The translations under genes were made by a program, and so were the position numbers. From assembly GCA_030167145.1 (NCBI GenBank), contig CP126532.1, positions 450,001 to 482,000 on the forward strand: a stretch of 32,000 bases of DNA, given 5' to 3'. Of this stretch, positions 9,304 through 18,455 are shown one piece after another (within the stretch, counting starts at the first letter, position 1; the number at the start of each line of letters is the position of its first letter). The stretch comes from Ktedonobacterales bacterium (GTDB taxonomy: Bacteria > Chloroflexota > Ktedonobacteria > Ktedonobacterales > JADMIN01). Under the pieces are notes generated by a model that searched no databases, was not told where the DNA came from, and saw only the letters and a list, made by a program, of their open reading frames with translations.

Positions 9304-9897
9304 ATGTCAACCGCCCGCCGAAATGACTTGCTGATGGTCGCCACGGCAATTGTGCTCGTCATCCTCGATCAGCTAACCAAACGCTGGGTCGTGGCCTACT
9401 TCACGACCGGTGCGCCGAAAGCCTCTATTCCTCTTCTAGGCAGTGTGCTTGACCTGGAGTACGTGCAAAATACCGGTGTCGCATTCAGCCTGCTCCAAGG
9501 GCAAGCCGTGCTCTTCCTCTTCATTGCGGTGGCCATTGTCGTCGTCGGCGTGCTCTACTGGCGCACGCGCGACACCGGCTCGCTCATGCTCAAGCTCACA
9601 TTCGGTCTGATCCTGGGTGGCGCACTCGGCAATCTCATTGATCGTGTAACACGCGGCTATGTTGTGGACTTTGTTCACTTCCACATTGATGGCTTCTTCA
9701 ACTTCGCCGTCTTCAACGTTGCCGACAGCGGTATCTCCATCGGCGTTATCATATTGGCTTTGCTGCTCTGGCGAGGGAGCGCAAACATCGCTGCGTTACA
9801 GGCTGACGAATCCACGACGAGCGCAGCGAGGGCCGAATCACCTCAAGAGCCGGGAAGCGCATCACACATCCGCAATAAGATCGTGAGTGGGCGCTAA
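9304..9897 (+). CDS. lspA: Lipoprotein signal peptidase (signal peptidase II)
   Basis: Starts MSTARRNDLL. Has four TM segments, the NTGVAFS motif and the FNVADSGISIG motif. The ATG at 9304 is in frame with the track ORF at 9166. Confidence 0.85.
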   Translation: MSTARRNDLLMVATAIVLVILDQLTKRWVVAYFTTGAPKASIPLLGSVLDLEYVQNTGVAFSLLQGQAVLFLFIAVAIVVVGVLYWRTRDTGSLMLKLTFGLILGGALGNLIDRVTRGYVVDFVHFHIDGFFNFAVFNVADSGISIGVIILALLLWRGSANIAALQADESTTSAARAESPQEPGSASHIRNKIVSGR

Positions 9898-9936
9898 CAA
9901 TGGGAGCGGATAGCATATTGGCGGAGAGATGAGGCT

Positions 9937-10920
9937 GTGTCAAATCTTGCGCACACAGACAACATGAAGCAAATCGCTCTGCCTGAGCCGTCAGCTATGC
10001 CACTCTCGTTGTTGGTGACAGGCGATCTTATCGGACAGCGACTCGACCGCGCGCTCGCACTCGCTATTGACGGCCTTTCACGCACGCGCGCCCAGGCAGC
10101 CATCGAAGCGGGGCGTGTGACCGTAGACGGCCATCCCGCGAAAGCGAGTCTCGTACTCGAAGAAGGTATGCGCCTGACCCTCGCACCATCCTCACCCACA
10201 GCAGAGACGCTCACGCCTGACCATGCCTCGGAGCTTGGGCCACTCGACATTATCTATGAAGATGACCATATCCTCGTCGTGAATAAACCCGCTGGAATCG
10301 TTGTCCATCCCGCGCCTGGCCACGAACATGGCACTCTGGTGGATGCGCTGCGAGCGCATGTGCCACATCTCAACTCAGGCGGTGATCCCTTGCGACCCGG
10401 TATCGTTCACCGGCTGGACAAAGATACGTCCGGCCTGCTCATTGTCGCGAAAGACACCCCCTCCCACGCCGCGCTAACCGAGCAGATGAAAGCCCACAGC
10501 ATGGTCAAGCGCTATCTGGCGCTGGTCGAGGGGCTGGTAACGTTGTCGCAGGGCATTGTAGAAGCGCCGATTGGTCGCGATCCGCGTTATCGCCAGCGGA
10601 TGACGCTCATCACTGAGCGCGCGGGGGGCCGCAACGCGCGCACACGATTCCGCGTGCTGCGCCATGTTCAGGGGCGCACACTCCTGGAAGTTCAGCTCGA
10701 GACGGGGCGAACCCACCAGATTCGCGTGCATATGGCGGCGATTCACCATCCCATCGTGGGCGACCCTACGTATGGCCGTTCACAGCCGCCCCAGCCACCC
10801 CGGCAGTTTCTACACGCCACGCATCTTGAATTCGCCCACCCCATCACCAGAGAGTGGCTTACTCTTGATGCTCCACTTCCTGATGACCTTGCCCAATTCT
10901 TGCGAAAGCTGGAATCATAG
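9937..10920 (+). CDS. rluD: RluD-family 23S rRNA pseudouridine synthase
   Basis: N-terminal S4-like region, the catalytic motif HRLDKDTSGLLIVAK, and GRTHQIRVH. The start could be GTG 9937 or ATG 9964. The lspA-rluD adjacency is commonly conserved. Confidence 0.88.
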   Translation: MSNLAHTDNMKQIALPEPSAMPLSLLVTGDLIGQRLDRALALAIDGLSRTRAQAAIEAGRVTVDGHPAKASLVLEEGMRLTLAPSSPTAETLTPDHASELGPLDIIYEDDHILVVNKPAGIVVHPAPGHEHGTLVDALRAHVPHLNSGGDPLRPGIVHRLDKDTSGLLIVAKDTPSHAALTEQMKAHSMVKRYLALVEGLVTLSQGIVEAPIGRDPRYRQRMTLITERAGGRNARTRFRVLRHVQGRTLLEVQLETGRTHQIRVHMAAIHHPIVGDPTYGRSQPPQPPRQFLHATHLEFAHPITREWLTLDAPLPDDLAQFLRKLES

Positions 10921-11100
10921 ATGGTATACGAATACCCAGATTGCCCCTGTTTCAGATATTTCACGGCGTTACGAACATCGTTGCCTACGCACCTATTGTC
11001 AGGTAGGTGGCAGACAGAAACCCTGGCATGGAGTTCGCGTATATACTGATGGGCGAACATTGAGTCAGCACTTTCCACCGAGCGACACGAGGAGGCGCCT

Positions 11101-11610
11101 GTGGGCATTGATATTCACCCGCTGTACCTGCTCTCAGTGATCGCCCTGTGGGTTATCACCTACCATGTCACCTTTGGGCTGGTCGCCATTGCCCGCGATC
11201 CTGCGCTGGTCTTCTGGAGCGTAGGCCCGTTTGGCGTGTCAGTTGTGTCGCTGCGCCAACCGCCTACTCGGCGGATATTTGCCCAGATCGCCGTTGCGGG
11301 TACTGTGCTGGGCCTGCTCTGCTACGCCAATCTGTTTGTCATCACGCCACCGCCCATTACCGGGCTTTCCACCTCGCCCGTCGAACGGTTGGCGCTTGTC
11401 GCCACGCCAGTCCTGGTCATTACCCTGGTGCGCCTCTTTGGCATTCTGCGCGAGCGACGCTACCATCTCTGGGGCGAAGCCCGTGTGCTCGACAGTGCGC
11501 GACGAAGTTTGGCATTGGGTGCGCGCATCCACTTTACGCCTGTTGGCCGTACCTTTCTGCGCGAACGTTTCGGCGCGGAGCCACAAGAATTTCTCAGTAT
11601 GGTACGCTGA
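11101..11610 (+). CDS. Hypothetical integral membrane protein (169 aa)
   Basis: GTG start preceded by GAGGAGG. Four hydrophobic helices appear in this frame only. The overlapping alternative frames look like GC-rich shadow ORFs. Confidence 0.45.
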   Translation: MGIDIHPLYLLSVIALWVITYHVTFGLVAIARDPALVFWSVGPFGVSVVSLRQPPTRRIFAQIAVAGTVLGLLCYANLFVITPPPITGLSTSPVERLALVATPVLVITLVRLFGILRERRYHLWGEARVLDSARRSLALGARIHFTPVGRTFLRERFGAEPQEFLSMVR

Positions 11611-11677
11611 AACGTAGGCGATTCCAACTCTTCGGTGTGCTGCTGTACAATCTGCCTGAGCGGAAAGCAGAGGGAAC

Positions 11678-12037
11678 ATGAGCGAAGACGAGCGCGCGAA
11701 TTGCATATTTTGCCGCATCGCTGACGGCACAATACCCAGTACTCAGGTCTACAGCGATGATGCAGTAGTAGCCTTCCGAGACGCGAATCCGCAGGCGCCA
11801 TTGCATGTGCTCGTCATTCCCCGCGCGCATATTGCTGGCATCAATGCAGCGGGCGCTGAAAATGGGGCGCTGCTGGTGGCACTGGTGCATGCCGCAAACC
11901 AAATAGCACGCGAACAAGGTGTTGCGGAGAGCGGCTATCGTCTTGTCTGGAACGTCGGGCCGGATGCCGGGCAGACTGTTTTTCATCTACATATGCACTT
12001 GTTAGCCGGACGCCCGCTTGGCTGGCCTCCCGGATAA
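11678..12037 (+). CDS. HIT-family (histidine triad, HinT-like) nucleotide hydrolase
   Basis: CIFCRI N-terminal motif and the histidine triad HLHMHLLAG. Confidence 0.88.
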   Translation: MSEDERANCIFCRIADGTIPSTQVYSDDAVVAFRDANPQAPLHVLVIPRAHIAGINAAGAENGALLVALVHAANQIAREQGVAESGYRLVWNVGPDAGQTVFHLHMHLLAGRPLGWPPG

Positions 12038-12055
12038 CATCCAGGACAACCGCTA

Positions 12056-13936
12056 TCAGGTAATCGCAAGTCTGAGATCACCCAAGGCTCGCTCGATGTC
12101 GTTTCGCAGTCTTGTCGCCTCGCGGTGGCGTGCTGGATCATTCTCTACTGTGTAAAAGGTGAGCGCAGCAAGCACGGCGGAACGCGAATCGAGAAAGTGC
12201 ATGGATGCGGTTTCGACATCGCCCATATAAAAGGCGTCGGCGCCGCGCTGCTGGGAAATGAGGGCCATCTGATGTTGCGCAAGCGCCCAATGCGCTGGCG
12301 CGACACGCTCAGTCAGAATCGTCGTGGCCACGCGATATGCCGCGAGTGCTTGGCGCCGAAAATCGGCGCGCAAGATCCCCTCCGTTACGTTCGCGCGGTT
12401 GGCAAGTGTGCGGCCAAGGTCAAGCTGGGTCATTGCCCATGCAATCGGCATGGTCTCCTGCGAGCAAACTTCCAGAGCAGTGCGAAGGCTGAGTACCGCC
12501 ATTTCTTTGTCAATGCGTGGATTGTAGGACAGAAATGGCCCAACCCCCTTCACGAGATCGGTAAACGCATTGCCCAACGCAACGAGCGCATAATGATCTT
12601 TTTGCCGCTCTAGCACCTCGAAGAGTGCGGGCCAATCGTCACTTGACTCCGCATTTGGTGAAAGGTAGTCAGGTATCGATTGGTCCAGATAAGCGGTGTA
12701 TACCGGTTTTAGTGTGCGGTTATTTAAGTCTCCGGGCAGCGGTTCTATTCTTACGAAACCAGCTTCGATGAGCGTTGCACATGCCTTCTCCCACTGTGTT
12801 GGCGCTAGAGCGAAGAGCCGCATGGCCAGCGGTCGCACGCGCCATACCGGGTAAGAATAGATGTGCGCGGATCGCAGCAATCTGAGCGCGTGGAGTATCC
12901 GCTGCGCGTCTTCGGTCAGCCTTGGATACTGTGTCCGGCGCATCTGAAGGATGCGAAGCAGCAGCGACCCGGGCGTACCGTCAAACTCCTCAAGGAGCGA
13001 GTCAACACCAGCTTTGCCAAGCGCCGCAACAAGCTGTGCCGCTTGCTCGGCTGAGATATTCGTGAGGTGAATGGATGTCAAACGTTCGAGAAGACCAGCG
13101 AGGCGCGCACATGCTACACTCTGAGCGTTTCGGCACGTCGCCACGATCACCAGCGGAATCCCCACTGCCGCGAATCGCTGTGGCAGGTCACATAATGTGG
13201 CGGCAACAGTTGGTGTGGCATATTCATGGGCATCATCCAGCCATAGCACCACATGCCGCCCGCGCAGCATTGAGAGATCGAGCGGCAGCCGTGGCTCCTG
13301 TGGCCACTTCAGCAATGTCCACCCTGGCAGCGCCACACGAAGCGCCTCCCACGCAAGCCGCGTCTTTCCTTGCGCTGCACGTCCGTAGACACATATCCCC
13401 AGGGGAGACTTCAGAGATTGTTTGCCGCGACTGGCCGCGATGCGCAAAGCTTGTTCCGCGACTACGCGGGCATCCTTTTGGCTCGCGCGCTCGACTCTCG
13501 CGAGAAAGACGGTGGGGACATAGAAGGGTACGAGTTCCTCTGGACGGACACGCCTGACTCTTAGCAACCCATATTGCGTCGCAAGCCTTCTGCGCCTTTG
13601 GAGTTGCCAGTAGATCGCGGCGATCACGACATACCATGTAACCGCGATCGCCACCGCGACCACGGTTGCTGGTGGAAACGGATAGGTACGCACCGCTTGC
13701 CATATGGGCCATGTCCGTGGATTGAGGAGAATAGACGTGCCGCCACGGGCATATGCAGAGTATCCCCCTATCGCCAACAGCCCCAAAGTAGCAAGCACCC
13801 AATACCATCGCAGAGCATCCCAGAGCGATGCAAGTGATGCCATCGCCCATTCACGTGCCAGGCGCCGGTGAACCTGTGTATCGTCGTCTTCTGGGACACA
13901 ATCTTCTACCGGATGGGGGCGCACATGTCGCGGCAT
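12056..13936 (-). CDS. Membrane-anchored P-loop NTPase (STAND / ORC-Cdc6-like) with a C-terminal helical-repeat region
   Basis: Two N-terminal hydrophobic helices (WYWVLATLGLLAIGG and VVAVAIAVTWYVVIAAIY). Walker A is GRAAQGKT and Walker B is VVLWLDDAHE. A ~300-aa alpha-helical, TPR-like tail follows. An RBS-like GGGAG precedes the ATG. Confidence 0.7.
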   Translation of the reverse strand: MPRHVRPHPVEDCVPEDDDTQVHRRLAREWAMASLASLWDALRWYWVLATLGLLAIGGYSAYARGGTSILLNPRTWPIWQAVRTYPFPPATVVAVAIAVTWYVVIAAIYWQLQRRRRLATQYGLLRVRRVRPEELVPFYVPTVFLARVERASQKDARVVAEQALRIAASRGKQSLKSPLGICVYGRAAQGKTRLAWEALRVALPGWTLLKWPQEPRLPLDLSMLRGRHVVLWLDDAHEYATPTVAATLCDLPQRFAAVGIPLVIVATCRNAQSVACARLAGLLERLTSIHLTNISAEQAAQLVAALGKAGVDSLLEEFDGTPGSLLLRILQMRRTQYPRLTEDAQRILHALRLLRSAHIYSYPVWRVRPLAMRLFALAPTQWEKACATLIEAGFVRIEPLPGDLNNRTLKPVYTAYLDQSIPDYLSPNAESSDDWPALFEVLERQKDHYALVALGNAFTDLVKGVGPFLSYNPRIDKEMAVLSLRTALEVCSQETMPIAWAMTQLDLGRTLANRANVTEGILRADFRRQALAAYRVATTILTERVAPAHWALAQHQMALISQQRGADAFYMGDVETASMHFLDSRSAVLAALTFYTVENDPARHREATRLRNDIERALGDLRLAIT

Positions 13937-14094
13937 AGCCGTCTCCCATACAAGTCCAGGAGAACTAGTCGTTGGATTCGTCGAGTAAAGCCTTCACCAC
14001 CGCCTACATAAGCAAGAACGCGGCCATATACATCAAGTCCACACTCGACGTAATCTACGTTTTCAGCGAATTGTTGAGGTGGCCTTGCCAATGC

Positions 14095-14124
14095 TTGACA
14101 GACAGCGGAGCTATGCGGTATAAA
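14095..14124 (+). promoter_or_regulatory. Promoter of the tRNA-Gly/tRNA-Cys unit
   Basis: TTGACA, 18 nt, then TATAAA, about 35 nt upstream of tRNA-Gly. Confidence 0.55.
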
Positions 14125-14158
14125 TGGAGAGCCGGACGGAAACGACCGGCACGGACAT

Positions 14159-14233
14159 GCGGGAGTGGCTCAGGGGTAGAGCATCTCCTTGCCAAGGAGA
14201 AGGTCGCGGGTTCGAATCCCGTCTCCCGCTCCA
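14159..14233 (+). tRNA. tRNA-Gly (anticodon GCC), CCA encoded
   Basis: Cloverleaf with acceptor GCGGGAG/CTCCCGC, anticodon loop TTGCCAA and T-loop TTCGAAT. Confidence 0.93.
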
Positions 14234-14236
14234 TCC

Positions 14237-14308
14237 GGCGACGTGGCCAAGTGGTAAGGCGAGGGTCTGCAAAACCCTTATGCGGCGGTTCGAATCCGCC
14301 CGTCGCCT
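14237..14308 (+). tRNA. tRNA-Cys (anticodon GCA)
   Basis: Acceptor GGCGACG/CGTCGCC, anticodon stem AGGGT/ACCCT with loop CTGCAAA, T-loop TTCGAAT and discriminator T. It starts 3 nt after tRNA-Gly. Confidence 0.9.
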
Positions 14309-14331
14309 CCGGAGCAGTGATTATCCGCACT

Positions 14332-14368
14332 ATCCGCTCACCGTCTGGTGAGCGGATTGCCGTTTTTT
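14332..14368 (+). terminator. Rho-independent terminator of the tRNA-Gly/Cys unit
   Basis: ATCCGCTCACC, loop GTCT, GGTGAGCGGAT (11-bp perfect stem), followed by TGCCGTTTTTT. Confidence 0.75.
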
Positions 14369-14433
14369 GGCCCGTCTGGGGATAATACACCGACATTTTG
14401 TTATTAGATAGAGCGTTGGCCGTAGCGGCCCAG

Positions 14434-14462
14434 TTGACGCCACTTCACCTTTGTGCTAACAA
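14434..14462 (+). promoter_or_regulatory. Candidate promoter for tRNA-Arg
   Basis: TTGACG, 17 nt, then TAACAA, with TGC immediately upstream of the -10. Confidence 0.4.
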
Positions 14463-14494
14463 TGCCTACAGTGATCGCATGCCGCCTATTTCCT

Positions 14495-14566
14495 GGCTCC
14501 GTAGCTTAATGGACAAAGCACCCGCCTTCTAAGCGGGGCATCTGGGTTCGATTCCCAGCGGGGCCG
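14495..14566 (+). tRNA. tRNA-Arg (anticodon TCT)
   Basis: Acceptor GGCTCCG/CGGGGCC, anticodon stem CCCGC/GCGGG with loop CTTCTAA, and T-arm CTGGG-TTCGATT-CCCAG. Confidence 0.9.
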
Positions 14567-14613
14567 CTTTCCTCCAAATCACCTTACCGACTACAAATGC
14601 CAGGAGGCTGGGC

Positions 14614-15672
14614 ATGTTTATCGTAGATGCCCATGAAGACATCGCATACAATGCACTCCATCACAACCGCGATGTGCGTTCCTCTGTGGCAGAGACACGA
14701 ACTCGCGAAGCAACTGTCCCACCACCAGAAGACGGCGTACTTTCCGGTGCCTCGGAGTTGGCAATGGTCGGGCTGCCTGAGCATCGGCAGGGCGGCGTTG
14801 GCCTTATCTTCGCGACCATTTTCGTTCCGCCGGGAGAACCAGCGGCAATGACCTCAGATGGCTTCTCGCAGCTTCAGTACTACCACAACCTCGCCGCTGA
14901 AAATATCGGTGTACGGCTGGTCACCAGCCGCGACGAGTTGGCACGGCTCCGCCACGATTGGCAGGCCGCGTCCACTCCCGACGCACGTCCGGTTGGCATG
15001 GCGCTGCTGATGGAGGGTGCCGATCCACTACCTAATCCATCAGCGCTAGAACATTGGTACGGCCAGGGTCTTCGTATGCTTGGCACGAGTTGGCGTGGCA
15101 CCCGCTATGCCGGTGGCACCCGCGAACCCGGCCCGTTGACCGATCTCGGTCGAGCGTTGCTTGCCGAGATGACTCGTCTGAACATGATTCTCGACATCAG
15201 CCATATGGCGGAAGAGAGCTTTTGGGAAGCGCTGGCTCAATTCAATGGACCGGTGATCGCCAGCCACTCAAATTGCCGGATCTATGTGCCGACTGATCGC
15301 CACCTCAGCGATGATATGATTCGCGCGATTACCGAGCGCGATGGCGTCATTGGCACCGTGCTCGCCAACCAATTTCTGGTTGGCGGGTGGGAACACAGCC
15401 AGCCGCTGCCTCGTCTCGATGCCGTTGTACAGCATATAGATCATATCTGCCAGCTTACTGGTACTTCACGCCACTGCGCTATTGGCAGTGATTTCGACGG
15501 CGGCTTCGGAGTAGCGTCTACTCCAGAGGAGTTGGATTCCGTTGCGGATTTGTCAAAAATCGGTGATGCGCTCAAACACAGTGGCTACACAGAGGCCGAT
15601 ATTCAGGGTGTTCTCGGTGGCAACTGGTTGCGCCTCCTTCAGGAAGCATTGCCAGATGAGCAGACGCAATAA
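14614..15672 (+). CDS. Membrane (renal-type) dipeptidase, peptidase family M19
   Basis: AGGAGG RBS. Contains VDAHEDIA, the metal-ligand region DISHM, IASHSNCR and GSDFDGG. Confidence 0.85.
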   Translation: MFIVDAHEDIAYNALHHNRDVRSSVAETRTREATVPPPEDGVLSGASELAMVGLPEHRQGGVGLIFATIFVPPGEPAAMTSDGFSQLQYYHNLAAENIGVRLVTSRDELARLRHDWQAASTPDARPVGMALLMEGADPLPNPSALEHWYGQGLRMLGTSWRGTRYAGGTREPGPLTDLGRALLAEMTRLNMILDISHMAEESFWEALAQFNGPVIASHSNCRIYVPTDRHLSDDMIRAITERDGVIGTVLANQFLVGGWEHSQPLPRLDAVVQHIDHICQLTGTSRHCAIGSDFDGGFGVASTPEELDSVADLSKIGDALKHSGYTEADIQGVLGGNWLRLLQEALPDEQTQ

Positions 15673-15690
15673 AATCGACCGTGACTCTGC

Positions 15691-17553
15691 TCAGTCGTTG
15701 TGAGTGGTGGCCTCATCAGAGAGAAGCGGAATCTCGAACCAGAAGATTGAGCCTTGGCCGGGGTGGCTCTCGACGCCGCACCGGCCTCCATGTCGCTCAA
15801 TAATGGCGTAACTGATATGCAATCCAAGGCCGAAACCGACGGATGAGCCACTGCGAGGCGCGATGTCTTCGGCACGGTAGAAGCGTTCCCAGATGCGCGT
15901 TTGCTCCTCGATTGGCAATCCCGGCCCTTCGTCTCGCACACTGACGCGCGCAGTGTGCTCATGGGCATGGATTGCAACGCGCACTGGCTTTGCCTCATCG
16001 GAGTATTTCAGGGCATTCGCCAGATAGTTTGTGATGACTTGCCCCAGACGGTCGGGATCGGCAAATACTGGTACTATCCCAACAGGCGCACTCAATTCAA
16101 TAACGCGCTCGGGCAAGCCCAGCCGCTGCTCTTCTACGCTCTCACGAATAGTGCTGACCAGATCAATCACTGCACGTCGCAGATGGAACTTGCCGGACTG
16201 TAAGAGTGAGACGTTGAGCAGATCGTTGATCAGTCGCTCTTGCCGCTGAAACTGCCGCTCAGTGTATCCTAACAGATCGCGCACCCGTTCAATGTGGGGC
16301 ATCACAAGGGGATCAGCCTGCTCATTGAGCAACCTATCGAGTTGTTTCAGGGCAAACTGCACACTGGTTTTCGCGCTGGTGATAGGGGTGCGCATTTCAT
16401 GACTAGCAATGCTAAGGAAGTTGTCCATCCGCCGGTTGGCCTCAAGCAAGGCTAAGGCGCGAGCGCGCGTTTCTTCGCGTTCTTGTGCAAGGCGTTCCCG
16501 ATCTAGAGCAAGCGTAACAAATGTAGTAAGCGCATCTGCCAGCTCCAGTTCTTCGGACCTGAAAGCGTGCTTTGCGCCACCGTAATCATAGGAGATCAAA
16601 CCAATGAGTTCGCTGCCAAGGCGCAAAGGAGCTACCAACGCATGATTGGCCATCTTATCTGGCCAGTCATTTGGCGTGAGGCTCAGGATTACAATCTCAC
16701 CCGCGCGCAGTTGTTCGGCCTGCTCAGGAGTTATGAAATCAGTATAGCGATAGTTGGGCATTGCACTCCGCAACCACTGCTCACCTTCCGGCGTGAATCC
16801 CGCAGTGGCCACGGGAAGAATCTGATGTGTCTGGCAATCAACACTGGTGATGACGACACGCTGGCAACCGGTAATGCCAAGAATCAACTCGGCAAGTTGT
16901 TGTGGCATGGTATGGCGATCAGTCGTAGCCTGCTCCGACGCCGGTGATAGAGGTTCAGTTGCCTGAATCAATAATTGGGCCACCGACATCACGCTGGTAA
17001 GCGTTTTGCGCGTGCGCTTTTCCAACTGTAGTCGATCTGTGATATTTCGCAGCACGGCGATTGCACCAATAACGTTACCCTGGCCATCGCGCATGAGTTC
17101 ACTTGATATATGCAGGTCGAGTATGCGCCCATCTAACGCGGTCATGCGCACCTCATCAGACTCAAGGAAGACTTCGCCCGCAAGTATACGGGAGATTCGC
17201 CAGTCTTGGCTCTGTACCGGGCGATCTTCCAGGTCGCGCACATGGAGCATGCGTAGTCGTTCCTCAGGAGCGCGTGCTGAAAAATCAGGGTCAAGCTCAA
17301 GCGCAAGCAGTTCATACGCAGCGGGATTGGCATTGATAATCTGGCCGGTGGTGCTATAGACACAAACCGCATCCGTCATCGCCATGAATAACGTTTCGAA
17401 TTGGAATGCAACGGTTTCCGCCTTTGTCTGGATACCTTGACCCGCTTGAAGCCCATCGCGACGGTCAGCATCAGAATCCTGCCAGCTATGCCTGGCACCA
17501 TGAACTTCCTTGGGCGTTTGCTCGTCATTGGGTACGGTGTCGCTCTGGCTCAT
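15691..17553 (-). CDS. Cytoplasmic sensor histidine kinase (PAS, PAS, GAF, HisKA, HATPase_c)
   Basis: H-box FLSIASHEMRTPIT and G-boxes DEGPGLP and GFGLGLHISYAIIERHGG. The ATG at 17553 (MSQSDTV) has GGAGGA upstream. The track start at 17790 would overlap lexA. No response regulator is adjacent. Confidence 0.85.
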   Translation of the reverse strand: MSQSDTVPNDEQTPKEVHGARHSWQDSDADRRDGLQAGQGIQTKAETVAFQFETLFMAMTDAVCVYSTTGQIINANPAAYELLALELDPDFSARAPEERLRMLHVRDLEDRPVQSQDWRISRILAGEVFLESDEVRMTALDGRILDLHISSELMRDGQGNVIGAIAVLRNITDRLQLEKRTRKTLTSVMSVAQLLIQATEPLSPASEQATTDRHTMPQQLAELILGITGCQRVVITSVDCQTHQILPVATAGFTPEGEQWLRSAMPNYRYTDFITPEQAEQLRAGEIVILSLTPNDWPDKMANHALVAPLRLGSELIGLISYDYGGAKHAFRSEELELADALTTFVTLALDRERLAQEREETRARALALLEANRRMDNFLSIASHEMRTPITSAKTSVQFALKQLDRLLNEQADPLVMPHIERVRDLLGYTERQFQRQERLINDLLNVSLLQSGKFHLRRAVIDLVSTIRESVEEQRLGLPERVIELSAPVGIVPVFADPDRLGQVITNYLANALKYSDEAKPVRVAIHAHEHTARVSVRDEGPGLPIEEQTRIWERFYRAEDIAPRSGSSVGFGLGLHISYAIIERHGGRCGVESHPGQGSIFWFEIPLLSDEATTHND

Positions 17554-17708
17554 CTCTGATATATCCTCCCCAAGGGCATTCCCTGCATAGTGCCTGCATA
17601 GTGTCAGTAGCGGTCGGTACGTGCCCGCACCACGATGAAACGCTTGGTAGCATAGAGTATGCCGAACCACCTGGGGAGAGATGGTACTAGGAGAAATGTA
17701 TATCTCGC

Positions 17709-18365
17709 CTATCGCAGCCCTTCCGTTGCTTGCCCAAGCGAGCGATACACAGCAGTGACGATGCCATGGACTTGCCATTCGCGGGTCCAATCACGCCGTC
17801 GAATGTAGATGGGATCCATTGTAGGATTCGCTGGTTGCAAACGCACACGCTTCCGCTCGGATTCAGAATAAAATCGCTTGATAGTGGCGGCACCGAGATC
17901 GCCATTGCCTGTAAGCTGGACAGCAACAACGATGTCACCATTACGGATGTCTGCTTTAACAGGCCTGACCAGAACATAATCGCCATCAAAAATGCGCTCA
18001 TCAATCATCGAATCGCCGTGGACACGCAAAGCGAACTGCTCATTGGGGTCGCGCAGGTGAACGGCGACATCCAAACACATCTGCTCGCCCGGCTCAAACA
18101 ACGCCAGTGGTTCGCCTGCGGCAATTTCACCAAGTATTGGGATTCCAGGTTGGCGAAGAAGTCGAATGCCACGAGCCCTGTTCGGATCTCGTTCAATGAG
18201 GCCCTGCTCAACGAGCTTATCGAGATAGTAGACGACATTGCTTGGAGATTTGAGCCGCGCCGCCAAGCCAATCTCGCGAATGGTGGGTAATCTGCCATCG
18301 CGACGTGCGCACTCTTCGATGAAGTGGAGTATCGCTTCTTGCCGTAGGGCTGATCTCTGGTTCAT
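17709..18365 (-). CDS. lexA: LexA repressor
   Basis: N-terminal winged helix (LPTIREIGLAARLKSPSNVVYYLDKL), the Ala-Gly cleavage site (EIAAGEP), catalytic Ser (HGDSM) and Lys (TIKRF). Confidence 0.92.
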   Translation of the reverse strand: MNQRSALRQEAILHFIEECARRDGRLPTIREIGLAARLKSPSNVVYYLDKLVEQGLIERDPNRARGIRLLRQPGIPILGEIAAGEPLALFEPGEQMCLDVAVHLRDPNEQFALRVHGDSMIDERIFDGDYVLVRPVKADIRNGDIVVAVQLTGNGDLGAATIKRFYSESERKRVRLQPANPTMDPIYIRRRDWTREWQVHGIVTAVYRSLGQATEGLR

Positions 18366-18412
18366 AGATATAATCCTTAGTGCGAAAATCTCCGCTGAGA
18401 ATCACTTGTTCT

Positions 18413-18424
18413 GAACTAATGTTC
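18413..18424. promoter_or_regulatory. LexA operator (SOS / Cheo-type box) at the lexA promoter
   Basis: GAACTAATGTTC has the form GAAC-N4-GTTC and lies 2 nt downstream of the lexA -10. A degenerate neighbour, AGAAC-N5-ATTCT (minus-strand reading), follows immediately. Confidence 0.75.
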
Positions 18425-18426
18425 CA

Positions 18427-18455
18427 ATTATATACATAACTTGCCAGCGCGTCAA
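18427..18455 (-). promoter_or_regulatory. lexA promoter
   Basis: On the minus strand: TTGACG (18455-18450), 17 nt, then TATAAT (18432-18427). Confidence 0.6.

Noticed and set aside
10968-10982. CGAACATCGTTGC, a near-LexA-box upstream of the 11101 membrane-protein gene
   Set aside because: The right half-site reads TTGC rather than GTTC at N4 spacing, and GTTG at N3. It does not satisfy the GAAC-N4-GTTC core seen at lexA.
11148-11801. Four overlapping alternative-frame ORFs (11148-11681 +, 11231-11617 +, 11239-11730 -, 11460-11801 -)
   Set aside because: They are Arg/Cys/Pro-rich translations with no motifs. Only the 11101 frame gives coherent transmembrane helices and has an RBS. The downstream portions collide with the well-supported HIT gene.
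13972-14396. ORFs 13972-14385 (+), 14055-14396 (-) and 14124-14351 (+)
   Set aside because: They run through the tRNA-Gly and tRNA-Cys genes and the promoter and terminator of that unit, so they are artefactual.
17554-17790. 5' extension of the histidine kinase ORF (track start 17790)
   Set aside because: It would overlap the 3' end of lexA by 82 nt and lacks an RBS. The internal ATG at 17553 has GGAGGA at proper spacing.
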